This document shows, in pieces, positions 1-9,531 of a stretch of DNA of 64,000 nt (positions are counted from its first letter, which is position 1; each line of letters opens with the position of its first letter). The stretch covers positions 1,548,082 to 1,612,081 of the forward strand of contig CBDCTJ010000007.1 in the NCBI GenBank assembly GCA_965222115.1, in the 5' to 3' direction. Source of the stretch: Planctomycetota bacterium (GTDB lineage: Bacteria; Planctomycetota; PLA2; JAEUHO01). The translations under genes and the position numbers were made by a program. A model generated the notes under the pieces. The model was not told the DNA's origin. It saw only the letters and a list, made by a program, of their open reading frames with translations, and did not search any database.

Positions 1-134
1 CGCGCTACGACCTTGCGCCCGCAGGTGCCACCTCGGCGGCGGCTGCAGCGTCTTGAGAATCGGTCGCATGAATCCACTCGCCGCTGAAGCAAGCGCAGTG
101 GATTTGAAACGGCGGGATATCCACAGCGTCTAAT

Positions 135-710
135 ATGGGCCCGGCCGATCGGGTGACGGTCGCATGGAGCCCCGCGATTTCAGATCCATCCACCAAATAT
201 CGCGCACTGTCGAGTCGATGGGCCGGCCTTATTGTGCGCGCCGTGTGGTGGACCATGCTGCTGCTTCATGTCGTGGTGCTCGCCTTCGTATCGGTTGCCG
301 TCACGCGCGACGGCGTGTCGATGCAATCTGTCGGGGATGTCGTCGCGCTCCTAGGCGCGATCGCCTTCTTCTACTTCAAGGCGCGTGATGTCGCGTGGTT
401 ACGTATTGGCGGGCGAACGAAGGGGCTGGTCGTGTGGGCGTTGCTTGCGGCGCTTGTTCATCCCCCGGCATTTCCCGCCGACGGATCATGGGCGGAGGAG
501 ATCCCGCAGTCGTTGGTCGCCGTTTGTACGGTGGTCGCCGGCGTGGCTGTTGTGACCCGCGTCATGTCGAGTCGGTTACGCATGTCCGCGCCAAACAAGC
601 CCTCGTGGCGACGGTTGTGGCAATCGGATCCCGCGCCCATCCTGGTGCGCACACACATGGCTTGGGATGCGCGCGGACCACCTCTGTACGCGTTACCGGT
701 AATTTCCTGA
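135..710 (+). CDS. hypothetical integral membrane protein
   Basis: 191-aa ORF with several hydrophobic helix-like segments (LLLHVVVLAFVSVAV, VVALLGAIAFFYF, LVVWALLAALV). It lies upstream of the heme cluster in the same orientation. No recognisable family; coding status not certain. Confidence 0.35.
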   Translation: MGPADRVTVAWSPAISDPSTKYRALSSRWAGLIVRAVWWTMLLLHVVVLAFVSVAVTRDGVSMQSVGDVVALLGAIAFFYFKARDVAWLRIGGRTKGLVVWALLAALVHPPAFPADGSWAEEIPQSLVAVCTVVAGVAVVTRVMSSRLRMSAPNKPSWRRLWQSDPAPILVRTHMAWDARGPPLYALPVIS

Positions 711-798
711 CGCGGATATCGCTTCTTCGCGCGTTCCTCTTCTGCTGCCGGTAACCCGTGCGCCGCCCCTTCAACCGTGGGCGCCGTGTCTCGATCAC

Positions 799-3099
799 GT
801 GGTCCTCGAGAGCAACCATCCCATGTCTCATGAACAGTCTGGAGGTATAGCGCCCCCGCGCACGCGCGGCGTTTTGCTTCTCAATCTCGGCTCGCCCAGC
901 GGATGCGACCCGCGTTCGGTGCGGCGCTACTTGGCCGAGTTTCTTGCCGATCCCGAAGTGATCAAATTGCCGCGCGGTATGCGGTGGTTTGGGAAACCTC
1001 TTGCACGCATGATCGCGCGCTCTCGCGCCAAGCAATCGGCCCACGCCTATGCATCCGTATGGACCGACGATGGTTCTCCCTTGCTCGTGATTTCTGACGC
1101 GCAGGGCAGGGCGCTTGCCCATGTGTTGGGACGTGCATTCGATGTGCGGGTGGCCATGCGTTACGGTCATCCTTCCATTGATGATGTTGTTGCGTCGTTC
1201 GTCGAGGATGACATTCACGACGTCACAGCGGTTCCGATGTATCCTCAGTTTGCCGGCGCGACCACAGGCACCGCGTTGGCCGCGCTGTATCGCGCCTTTG
1301 AACGTCACGCGCGAGACACGGAACTTGTCGTTCGCAATGCGTGGTACGACGATGCGGGCTACATTCAGGCCCAAGTCGCGGTACTTAACGAGGCAATCGC
1401 GAAGCACGGCCTCACGCCCGACAACACCACGCTTGTATTTAGCGCCCACTCTCTGCCCGTGGCCTACATCAAGGCCGGCGATCCGTACCAAAAGCACATC
1501 GTGGAAACCGTTCACCTTGTGTCAAAGGCTCTTGGGTGGCCAGAAGAGCGCATCACGCTCGCCTACCAATCCAAGCTTGGTCCGGTGGAGTGGCTCGCGC
1601 CGCAAACCGCTGAAGTCATCGAATCACTTGCTAAGAATGGCACGCCCAACGTTTTCGTGTGCCCCATCAGTTTCACGGCGGACTGTTTGGAGTCGCTTGA
1701 AGAGCTCGATATCCGTGGGCGCGACGTAGTCGAGGCGCACGGCAGCAACTTCCATCTTTGTCCCGCGCTCAATGATCACCCTGCGTTCATTGAAGCGCTG
1801 GCAGGAATTGTCCGACGAGGGACGCGGCCTATCGCGTTGGAATCCAAATGTTCGGATGATGCTCCCGCTCAGCTCGATGCCGACTGGATGAGCCGGTTGG
1901 TGGTCACGGGCCTATCGCGCGAGCCTGGCGCACTCGACGCATTGCGTGATGCGGGCGTCCACATTACTAACCATGTTGATGATGCCACGTTTGCCGCGAG
2001 CAAGCGCACCCACCAAGAGGTGCGCGGACTCTGCTCGGCGCTAGGGGAGCGTGGTGTCGAGCAGAGTGTGGTTGTTTCTACGTGCGCGCGTGTGGAAGCC
2101 TATTCGCTCGCCCCGGCCGCGAGGGAAACCGAACAAAGGAGAACGATCACACGCTTACAATCAACATTGCTAACGGACGTCCATGACGCCTCCCACCCTC
2201 AAGTGCACGTTGGCCATGAGGCCTACCGACACGCGGTGTTGACCGCGGCGGGGCTATTGAGCTCTTTGCCCGGCGATAACGACGTCAGGCTTCAGCTTTG
2301 CAGTGCGGCGCGCACGGCGGAAGATGTTGCCCACGGCGCAACAGCTATCGGCATGGTCATGACACGGGCAACGGAAGCCGCCCAAGCCCTGTCGGAGGCA
2401 ACCACGTGGCGTGATTTCCGCGTGGGGTTTGCCGATGTCGCCTTGGATGGAATTTCTCGATCGGCTTCCGTGGACTGGACGCAGATGCGATCCGTTGTTG
2501 TGTTGGGTGGGTCCACGACGGCGCGAAGCACAATTCACACGTTGCGAAGGCGTCATGGCGTGCGTCCTTCTCAGCTAACGGGCATCTACCGCACGCGCAG
2601 CCGTGGAAAACAGCTCAAGGCGCTACGCCAAGCGCTGCGCGGCGCAACACCGTTGCGTGTCGATCGCTACGATGACGCGCGTGTACTCGATGCGCTGGCC
2701 CATGCCGACGTAATCGTGTTCGCGCACGATGCTCGTGAACCGATCTGGTCCGCCGAACAGGCCATGACACGCAGCGCTCAGACCAAAGTGATCATTGATT
2801 TCAACTCGTTCCCATCCACACGAGGGTTTGAAGACGACGAATCAACCGCATTGTGGCGACTCTGCGACATTGAGGCCGTTGTGCGTGACTATGCGGCTTC
2901 ACTTGCGGGTTGTGAGCGATTCCGCGTTGCCGTCCGCGAGGCGTTGGCGTGGCTTGAAGAACACATTGGTGCCACGCGCGAGGGTCGATCCATGGACGCC
3001 CGCCCGAGAAACGACCGCGTGACATGTACGCGGAGCGGTTGCGGTTGCAAGCGCGCCTTCGTGCCCGAAGTTCGCACGCGTGTGGAGACGGTGTCGTGA
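799..3099 (+). CDS. hemH: ferrochelatase (HemH) fused in-frame to a glutamyl-tRNA reductase (HemA)-like domain
   Basis: N-terminal ~330 aa match ferrochelatase (GVLLLNLGSPSGCDP...YLAEFLADPEVIKLP; C-terminal CPALNDHPAFIEALAGIV). The C-terminal ~400 aa carry HemA-like motifs: VVVSTCARVEAYSL (cf. VVLSTCNRTELY with the catalytic Cys), HAVLTAAGLLS (cf. HLMRVASGLDS), a degenerate dinucleotide-fold stretch VVVLGGSTTARSTIHTL, and ADVIVFAHD (cf. ADIIISSTAS). A single uninterrupted 766-aa ORF. The true start may be the internal Met (MSHEQSGG...) about 24 nt downstream. Confidence 0.75.
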   Translation: MVLESNHPMSHEQSGGIAPPRTRGVLLLNLGSPSGCDPRSVRRYLAEFLADPEVIKLPRGMRWFGKPLARMIARSRAKQSAHAYASVWTDDGSPLLVISDAQGRALAHVLGRAFDVRVAMRYGHPSIDDVVASFVEDDIHDVTAVPMYPQFAGATTGTALAALYRAFERHARDTELVVRNAWYDDAGYIQAQVAVLNEAIAKHGLTPDNTTLVFSAHSLPVAYIKAGDPYQKHIVETVHLVSKALGWPEERITLAYQSKLGPVEWLAPQTAEVIESLAKNGTPNVFVCPISFTADCLESLEELDIRGRDVVEAHGSNFHLCPALNDHPAFIEALAGIVRRGTRPIALESKCSDDAPAQLDADWMSRLVVTGLSREPGALDALRDAGVHITNHVDDATFAASKRTHQEVRGLCSALGERGVEQSVVVSTCARVEAYSLAPAARETEQRRTITRLQSTLLTDVHDASHPQVHVGHEAYRHAVLTAAGLLSSLPGDNDVRLQLCSAARTAEDVAHGATAIGMVMTRATEAAQALSEATTWRDFRVGFADVALDGISRSASVDWTQMRSVVVLGGSTTARSTIHTLRRRHGVRPSQLTGIYRTRSRGKQLKALRQALRGATPLRVDRYDDARVLDALAHADVIVFAHDAREPIWSAEQAMTRSAQTKVIIDFNSFPSTRGFEDDESTALWRLCDIEAVVRDYAASLAGCERFRVAVREALAWLEEHIGATREGRSMDARPRNDRVTCTRSGCGCKRAFVPEVRTRVETVS

Positions 3100-4517
3100 G
3101 CTCTCTAGAGGTTGCCGTTGATCGCGAGGTGTTTCAGCGATACGTCGGTCTTTCACTTCCGCGGCACGTCTCCTACCCCATGCCCACATGGTGGTCGGCC
3201 TTCGACTCACGTGACGCAAAGCGTCTGATTGACCGTCGCACGGAACGCACGACGTTCCACGATTTGTCTCTGTATATCCACATTCCTTACTGCCAAGCGC
3301 TCTGCAAGTTCTGTGCGTGCTCGCGCGTGATTCAACGCAAGGAGGGGCGCGGTGCGGCGGAGCGAACGCAGGCTTATGTGGATGCGTTGGTGCGGGAGAT
3401 TCGATCCGCGGGCCGCAGCAACAACGCCGCGCAGGTTAGGCAGATTCACTACGGCGGCGGCACGCCAACCTATTTGTCGATCGAACAACTCCGTGCGATC
3501 CACGATGCCATCAACGATACGTTCGACATCGCCTCCGATGCGGAAGTCGCGATGGAGATCGATCCCCGGGTGACGAGTGACGAGCAGCTGGATTTGCTTG
3601 CCGACCGTGGCTTCAATCGACTGTCCCTGGGCGTGCAGGACTTTGACCGGACGGTGCAAGAGCATGTCCATCGCGTGCAGCCCTACGAGCAAGTGAAGCA
3701 GATCGTGGATGCCTGTCGTGTGCGTGGGATCGCGTCCATCAATTTCGACCTGATCTATGGACTGCCGTACCAAACGATGGACACCGTGTCCGATACGCTC
3801 GCGCGTGTGATTGAACTTTCGCCCGATCGCGTGGCCTACTATCACTACGCACAGATTCCCGACACAATTGCTACCCAAGTTGCCATCCATCATCACGCCA
3901 TGCCCGATTCCGACGTGAAGTTGGACATGTTCACGAAGGGCGTGCGTGTGTTCACGGAAGCCGGGTATCGATTCATTGGACTCGATCACTTTGCGCGAGA
4001 CCACGAGGGGCTTGCCAAGGCTGAGGACGACGGCGGGTTGCATCGAAATTTTCAGGGCATGACCACCGGAGCGGCGCTCGATCTGGTGGCTTTCGGTGCC
4101 AGCGCAATCAGTGAGTGGCACGACCTCGGCTATCTACAAAATGTCCGGGATCCCGTTGCCTACGTGAGCGCGATCAACGCAAACGGAACCGCCGTCCATC
4201 GTGGAATGGCGCTTTCGGATGACGATCGCATCCGCAAGGCAGTGATTCACCAGATTTATTGCCATGCGCGAATAGTGCCCGCTCACATTGAATCCCAGTT
4301 TGACATTTCATTTGGAGCCTATTTCGAACGTGAACTCGACCAGTTGAATGACTTGGCATCAGACGGCATCGTGATTCCCGAGGCCGATGGCTCGTTCTCC
4401 ATTCCGTATCCTCTGGGACGGGTATTGATGCGCAATGTTGGTGCGATTTTCGACGCCTACTTGCCCGACGAGGCCTATCGCGTCGGATGTCGAAGCACCT
4501 ACTCGACGAATGCGTGA
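3096..4517 (+). CDS. hemN: oxygen-independent coproporphyrinogen III oxidase, radical SAM (HemN)
   Basis: Radical-SAM CxxxCxxC motif (YIHIPYCQALCKFCAC). Length of about 473 aa fits HemN rather than the shorter HemW. A GTG start overlaps the upstream stop (GTGA), so the ORF-track start at 3024 is re-assigned. Confidence 0.85.
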   Translation: MSSLEVAVDREVFQRYVGLSLPRHVSYPMPTWWSAFDSRDAKRLIDRRTERTTFHDLSLYIHIPYCQALCKFCACSRVIQRKEGRGAAERTQAYVDALVREIRSAGRSNNAAQVRQIHYGGGTPTYLSIEQLRAIHDAINDTFDIASDAEVAMEIDPRVTSDEQLDLLADRGFNRLSLGVQDFDRTVQEHVHRVQPYEQVKQIVDACRVRGIASINFDLIYGLPYQTMDTVSDTLARVIELSPDRVAYYHYAQIPDTIATQVAIHHHAMPDSDVKLDMFTKGVRVFTEAGYRFIGLDHFARDHEGLAKAEDDGGLHRNFQGMTTGAALDLVAFGASAISEWHDLGYLQNVRDPVAYVSAINANGTAVHRGMALSDDDRIRKAVIHQIYCHARIVPAHIESQFDISFGAYFERELDQLNDLASDGIVIPEADGSFSIPYPLGRVLMRNVGAIFDAYLPDEAYRVGCRSTYSTNA

Positions 4518-5589
4518 AGCCATGCATCAACGCCTGCCCACAAACGATCTTGTGTTGCGTGCCGCGCGCGGCGAACCGACGCCGCGCACGCCTGTGTGGT
4601 TCATGCGTCAGGCGGGCCGCTTCGATCCTGCCTATCGCGCGCTCAAGGAACGCGAGCAGCGGCCGCTTGAGGCGATGTTCGCCGACCCCGACATAGCCAC
4701 CGAGGTCACATTGCTTCCGCAACGCTATGGCGTAGATGCCCTAATTCTTTTTCAAGACATTCTCACAATCTGCGGGCCGATGGGGGCGCGCTTTGTGTTT
4801 CGGCCGGGTCCCGTTCTGGCGCATCCGATTCGAACCGCCCGTGATGTTCAGGGATTGCGTTCCATGAGCCCCGAAGACGACATGCCATATGTGTCGGCCT
4901 CGATTCGGCACGTTCTGACTTCCGTGGATGGTGCGTTGCCGCTGCTTGGGTTTGCCGGTGCACCGCTCACCGTCGCCGCCTTCATGGTTGCGGGCGAGAG
5001 TCCAGGTGCGGACCTTGCCGACCTCCGGACGATGATGCGCGAGTCACCCGAGGCACTGCACGACCTTATGCGTCATCTCGCTGCGCACACAAGCCGCTAT
5101 CTGGACATGAAAGTTCGCGCGGGCGTTCACGCCGTTCAACTCTTCGAATCCATGGCCGATCGTTTGTCTGTAGACGAATACAACACGTGGGCTCTTCCCT
5201 ATCAGCAACAAGTGTTTACGTCGATGCATGAAGCGGCCACGCGAATCATCTTCGCCAAGGGTTTTAGCGACGTTCGTGCGCTGCTTGCCAGTGGCGCCGA
5301 GTGTTTGAGTGTGTCCGGTGACGTAGACCTGCGCGTGGCTCGCGCGCGACCTGACTGTGAGACTGTGGGCATCCAAGGCAACCTTAGCAACGTCTTGCTT
5401 CGCGATGGAACGCCCGACGAAGTGGAGCGTGCCACGCGTGCGTGCATTGATGCGGGGAGGCACAGGGGCCATATCCTCAATCTCGATCACGGGCTCTTTC
5501 CTACCACGCCACCCGAGAACGTGTCGCGCGCGATTCAAACAGCAAAAACATATGTTGTCTCTGCGCCGACAGGCCCACGCACAGCATGA
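4510..5589 (+). CDS. hemE: uroporphyrinogen decarboxylase (HemE)
   Basis: N-terminal NDLVLRAARGEPTPRTPVWFMRQAGR is the classic UroD signature. The start was moved from the ORF-track Met to an internal Met that overlaps the hemN stop (ATGCGTGA). Confidence 0.9.
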   Translation: MREAMHQRLPTNDLVLRAARGEPTPRTPVWFMRQAGRFDPAYRALKEREQRPLEAMFADPDIATEVTLLPQRYGVDALILFQDILTICGPMGARFVFRPGPVLAHPIRTARDVQGLRSMSPEDDMPYVSASIRHVLTSVDGALPLLGFAGAPLTVAAFMVAGESPGADLADLRTMMRESPEALHDLMRHLAAHTSRYLDMKVRAGVHAVQLFESMADRLSVDEYNTWALPYQQQVFTSMHEAATRIIFAKGFSDVRALLASGAECLSVSGDVDLRVARARPDCETVGIQGNLSNVLLRDGTPDEVERATRACIDAGRHRGHILNLDHGLFPTTPPENVSRAIQTAKTYVVSAPTGPRTA

Positions 5590-6965
5590 GTGCCATTGAA
5601 ACGAACGTGGCCATCGTAGGTGGTGGGATTTCAGGGCTTGTTTGCGCGTGGACGCTGGCGCGCGCGGGCACGTCGGTCGCGCTTCTTGAGGCGAGCAACG
5701 AGCTCGGTGGCTGCATGCGTACGTCCCATGGTGACGGCGTGTTGTTTGAACACGGTCCCTTCAACGTCTTGGCGAGAGCGCCTGCGTTTGTCAACTTACT
5801 ACAAGCGTGTGAATCGGACGTGGGTGTGGTGTCGCTGGCCGAGGCAAGTCGCAAACGCTATCTCGCTAAGCGTGGGGCGCTTCATGCGATTCCCATGTCG
5901 CCGTGGGGTTGGCTCAAGTCGCCGTTGCTATCACCCATGGGGCGGCTGCGCCTCTTGCGAGGTGCGCTTGTTAGTCGACGCGCGCCCAAGAGAGAAGAGA
6001 CGATCCATGAGGCCGCTACGCGACGGTTGGGACGCGATGCCGCGGAGGTACTGGTGTCATCGGCCGTGGCCGGTGTGTTTGGTGGCGACAGCAAGCAGAC
6101 ATCACTTGCTGCCGCGTTTCCTCACGTAAGCGACGTCGATCGGCAAACGCGGAGTCCATTGATGGCGATGGTGCGGCGCGCCAAACAGCGAAAGCGAAGC
6201 GATCAAACCCGCCCCGCAATGATTAGCTTCAAGAACGGCTTGCAGTCACTGGCGGACTGGCTCGGCGCAAACCTCAGCGATGGCGTATACCGCGAACACT
6301 TGGTCTCCTCGATTGTGCCTCGCGACAACGGCTGGCACGTTCACGCCAAGCATCACGGTCGCGAAGTGACTGTCGAAGCAAACAAGGTCGTTCTCACCAC
6401 GCCCGCACGTGCCACGGGGTTGCTCGTGCGTGAGTTGGCGCCGAACGCCTCCGAAGAGTTGATCTCGCTCCCCACGTCCACCATGGCTGTAGTCAACTTG
6501 CTCTACGCGCGAAACGACGTCGCTCATCCGTTGGATGGCTACGGATTTCTCGTCCCCAACACAGAGAGCCAGCCGAAGTGTTTGGGCGCGCTGTTCGCCG
6601 ACGCGGCGTTTCCACACCACGCGCCGGAACATCAGTGCATTGTGCGTGTGTTCTTGGGCGGTCATCGCGAACCCGACATCTTGGCGCGCACCGACAAGGA
6701 ACTTCGTGCGCAGGCGCGCGAAAGTGTTGAACCGCTGCTGGGCATCTCGGCTCAGCCTCGTTTTGCGCCCGTCATGCGCTGGCCTCGCGCCATTCCGCAG
6801 TACGCGATTGGTCATGCCGAGCGCATGGCCACAGTCGAGCGCGACGTGGCTCGTTTACCGGGATTGCATCTCGTGGGCAACTACCTGCGTGGGGTGTCAA
6901 TCAATGACTGCGTGCGTGAGGCCGACGCACTGGCGAGGCGCATCCTTGCGGGGGAAGCATCGTGA
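5586..6965 (+). CDS. hemY: protoporphyrinogen oxidase, FAD-dependent (HemY/PgoX family)
   Basis: N-terminal Rossmann FAD motif VAIVGGGISGLVCAW. Length and internal motifs fit the HemY/PPOX family. The start ATG overlaps the hemE stop (ATGA). Confidence 0.8.
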   Translation: MSAIETNVAIVGGGISGLVCAWTLARAGTSVALLEASNELGGCMRTSHGDGVLFEHGPFNVLARAPAFVNLLQACESDVGVVSLAEASRKRYLAKRGALHAIPMSPWGWLKSPLLSPMGRLRLLRGALVSRRAPKREETIHEAATRRLGRDAAEVLVSSAVAGVFGGDSKQTSLAAAFPHVSDVDRQTRSPLMAMVRRAKQRKRSDQTRPAMISFKNGLQSLADWLGANLSDGVYREHLVSSIVPRDNGWHVHAKHHGREVTVEANKVVLTTPARATGLLVRELAPNASEELISLPTSTMAVVNLLYARNDVAHPLDGYGFLVPNTESQPKCLGALFADAAFPHHAPEHQCIVRVFLGGHREPDILARTDKELRAQARESVEPLLGISAQPRFAPVMRWPRAIPQYAIGHAERMATVERDVARLPGLHLVGNYLRGVSINDCVREADALARRILAGEAS

Positions 6966-7996
6966 CAATCAGCGAATCCTTGGGCTCCCCGCGAGGGATA
7001 CCGGAGCGTCCACGGCGCTTGCGTCGCACGCCCGTCATCGCCAATCTTGTTCGCGAGATACGTGTACACCCAAGTCAACTTGTGCTGCCCGTATTCGTTG
7101 TGGAAGGGCGCGAAATAGTTGATCCCATCGAGGCCATGCCGGGATGCGCGCGGCGTTCCATCGACGCACTGATGTCGCAATGCAAGGAAGCCTACGCATT
7201 AGGCATTCGTTCCTTTGCGCTGTTTCCCAAGATCGACGACGCATTGAAGAATCCCCAAGGATCGGAAGCGCTCAACGAAGACGGCCTTGTTTGTCGGGCC
7301 GTCCGGGCCCTGCACGACGCGCTCCCAGACGCCTGCGTATTTACCGATGTTGCACTTGACCCCTTCTCGTCCCACGGGCACGATGGACTCGTGGCCGACG
7401 ATGGTCGCGTACTCAACGATGAAACCGTTGACATCTTGGCTCGCATGGCCGTTGTACACGCGAAGGCGGGCGCCGACTTTGTGGCGCCGTCCGACATGAT
7501 GGACGGACGCGTGGGGGCGATTCGACGCGCATTGGATGGCGACGGGTATTACGACGTGGGCATTCTCTCGTATTGCGCCAAGTACGCGTCGGCGTTCTAT
7601 GGACCGTTTCGCGAAGCGCTCGATTCCGCACCCGTCGATCTTGCGCACGTACCGAAAGACAAGACGACCTATCAGATGGATCCAGCCAATGCGCGTGAAG
7701 CGTTGCGCGAAGCAAGGCTCGACGAGCAAGAGGGCGCAGACCTATTGATGGTGAAACCTGCACTGCCCTACCTCGATATCGTGCATCGACTGTCCATCGC
7801 TTCATCGCTGCCTATTGCGGCGTACCACGTGAGTGGTGAGTACGCGATGGTGCGTGCCGCCGGGGAGCGCGGCTGGCTCGATGCCGACGCCTGCATGCGC
7901 GAGTCGTTGATTGCTATCGCGCGGGCGGGCGCGCGCGTGATCTTTACTTACGCGGCCGTGGACTACGCGCGCTGGTGGCGTTCCACAATGGCTTGA
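6962..7996 (+). CDS. hemB: porphobilinogen synthase (delta-aminolevulinate dehydratase, HemB)
   Basis: PRRLRRTP...NLVREI N-terminus and the conserved ALAD core (GADFVAPSDMMDGRV, SYCAKYASAFYGPFR). A GTG start overlaps the hemY stop. Confidence 0.9.
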   Translation: MTISESLGSPRGIPERPRRLRRTPVIANLVREIRVHPSQLVLPVFVVEGREIVDPIEAMPGCARRSIDALMSQCKEAYALGIRSFALFPKIDDALKNPQGSEALNEDGLVCRAVRALHDALPDACVFTDVALDPFSSHGHDGLVADDGRVLNDETVDILARMAVVHAKAGADFVAPSDMMDGRVGAIRRALDGDGYYDVGILSYCAKYASAFYGPFREALDSAPVDLAHVPKDKTTYQMDPANAREALREARLDEQEGADLLMVKPALPYLDIVHRLSIASSLPIAAYHVSGEYAMVRAAGERGWLDADACMRESLIAIARAGARVIFTYAAVDYARWWRSTMA

Positions 7997-8631
7997 GCGA
8001 GCGCCTCAAGCGACGGCGTGGGCGCCTCCACCCAGAGTTCATGACCCGCGGACTGGACAGCCCGACTTGTTGTGGGGCCAAGGCTGGCAAAGGGTCGTGT
8101 TTCGTTCTTCAGCGCGGAGACGGCCGATGGACTCGTAACGGCAATCACCGTCGCAGATGATACGCGGTCGAAGTCAAACGCGCGCCGCGTTGTTTCATAG
8201 ACGATGGGTGCCGAGAACGATGAAAACCCGTGCGACGTAGGAACGTCTGCGAGATTCGAGCGCGCATACACGACGCGACCGGTGGGGGACTTCCTTCGTA
8301 GCGACGTAAAGAGTGCGTCAACGCCGGGACCCGGACCCATCAGCGCGCACCGTGCGCCGCGCGCTTCGAGAGCATTCTTTGTAGCTGGACCCACGGCGGC
8401 GAGTTTCGGTGTGTGCAACATGTGTTCCGGCAGTGCGTCAACCGCGAATGCACTCGTAAGGACGAGCCAGTCGTTTTCACAAAGCGATTCAAAATCAACG
8501 GGAAGCTCGTCCACCACGCGACGTTCGAGTACGGGTTCCAGGAGAACGTCTACGCCAGCATTGCGTAATGCACGTGAAAGGGGGCCACCCTCGGATTCAT
8601 CTCGCGTGACCCATACGCGCAAGCCGTCCAC
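7963..8631 (-). CDS. hemD: uroporphyrinogen-III synthase (HemD)
   Basis: 222-aa ORF (LRVWVTRDESEGGPLSRALRNAGVDV...) with the HemD fold pattern. It sits directly downstream of hemC on the - strand. Its 3' end overlaps the hemB 3' end convergently. Confidence 0.8.
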   Translation of the reverse strand: MDGLRVWVTRDESEGGPLSRALRNAGVDVLLEPVLERRVVDELPVDFESLCENDWLVLTSAFAVDALPEHMLHTPKLAAVGPATKNALEARGARCALMGPGPGVDALFTSLRRKSPTGRVVYARSNLADVPTSHGFSSFSAPIVYETTRRAFDFDRVSSATVIAVTSPSAVSALKNETRPFASLGPTTSRAVQSAGHELWVEAPTPSLEALAQAIVERHQRA

Positions 8632-8634
8632 TGA

Positions 8635-9531
8635 CTAGTCCTCACTCAGGGTATCGGCGTCGATCAGCATGCGCGCCAACTCGCGACCGACGCGTTCCGG
8701 GTCACGGCCAACGTGGGTGCCCGAGCCCACAAGCGTGCCCTCTGTCGTAAACAACTGTCCGTGCAACGAAATGACGTCACTGGCAATCGACGCCAACGCA
8801 CCAATGGGCGTTTGGCATCCCGCTTCCGCCTCATGCATGAATGCGCGTTCCGCGGTGACGGCCTTGCGTACCGTTGCATCGTCCAGATCCGAGACGAGCA
8901 CATGCGCGGCGCCATCGGCGCGTGTTTGCACCGCAAGCGCTCCTTGCGCGGGTGCGGGCACGAACTGAAATGCTGGTAGTACCAGTGAACATTCCGGTTC
9001 GATGCCGAGGCGGCGTACGCCGGCCGCGGCTAATACGATGGCGTCTAAGTTGCCTTCGTGAAGTCGTTTGATGCGGGTGGGCACGTTGCCACGAATAGGG
9101 ACGACCGTATGCGCCGCTTCCAGCAAGAGCTGTGCGCGGCGACGGGCACTGCCGGTGCCAATCGTCATGGGTGACTTTAAGCCATCGAGCGTGACAGGTC
9201 GTTTGGCGATGAGCAGGTCTTCTACCGCCGCGCGCGAGGGTACTGCTGCGATTGCGAGTCCCTCGGGAGACGTAGTCGGAAGATCCTTCATGCTATGAAC
9301 GGCGACGTCGATCGTTCCTTCGAGTAGCGCATGTTCCAATACGCTCACGAATGCGCCGCGTTCCCAGCCCGCTTCGGACGGTACGCTGCCTTGCGAGGCA
9401 TCGCCCACCGTCTTGACGACCACGGTTTCGATTTTGAGCGTCGGATGACTGCGCGCAATGGCGGCCGCAACCCAGGCGGTTTGCGTTCGTGCCAAAGCAC
9501 TGCCTCGTGTTCCCAGTCGAAGCGTTGTCAC
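8635..9531 (-). CDS. hemC: porphobilinogen deaminase / hydroxymethylbilane synthase (HemC)
   Basis: N-terminal LRLGTRGSALARTQT motif and the HemC core. A 4-bp overlap with hemL upstream. Confidence 0.9.
   Translation of the reverse strand: MTTLRLGTRGSALARTQTAWVAAAIARSHPTLKIETVVVKTVGDASQGSVPSEAGWERGAFVSVLEHALLEGTIDVAVHSMKDLPTTSPEGLAIAAVPSRAAVEDLLIAKRPVTLDGLKSPMTIGTGSARRRAQLLLEAAHTVVPIRGNVPTRIKRLHEGNLDAIVLAAAGVRRLGIEPECSLVLPAFQFVPAPAQGALAVQTRADGAAHVLVSDLDDATVRKAVTAERAFMHEAEAGCQTPIGALASIASDVISLHGQLFTTEGTLVGSGTHVGRDPERVGRELARMLIDADTLSED

Noticed and set aside
562-1515. 317-aa ORF on the - strand
   Set aside because: Antisense to the strongly supported ferrochelatase coding region. The high-GC genome generates long spurious antisense ORFs. 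No recognisable family.
3207-4121. 304-aa ORF on the - strand
   Set aside because: Lies entirely within hemN on the opposite strand. Arg/His-rich composition typical of antisense frames in GC-rich DNA.
8204-8638. 144-aa + strand ORF
   Set aside because: Antisense to hemD. Low-complexity Ser/Thr/Arg-rich product.
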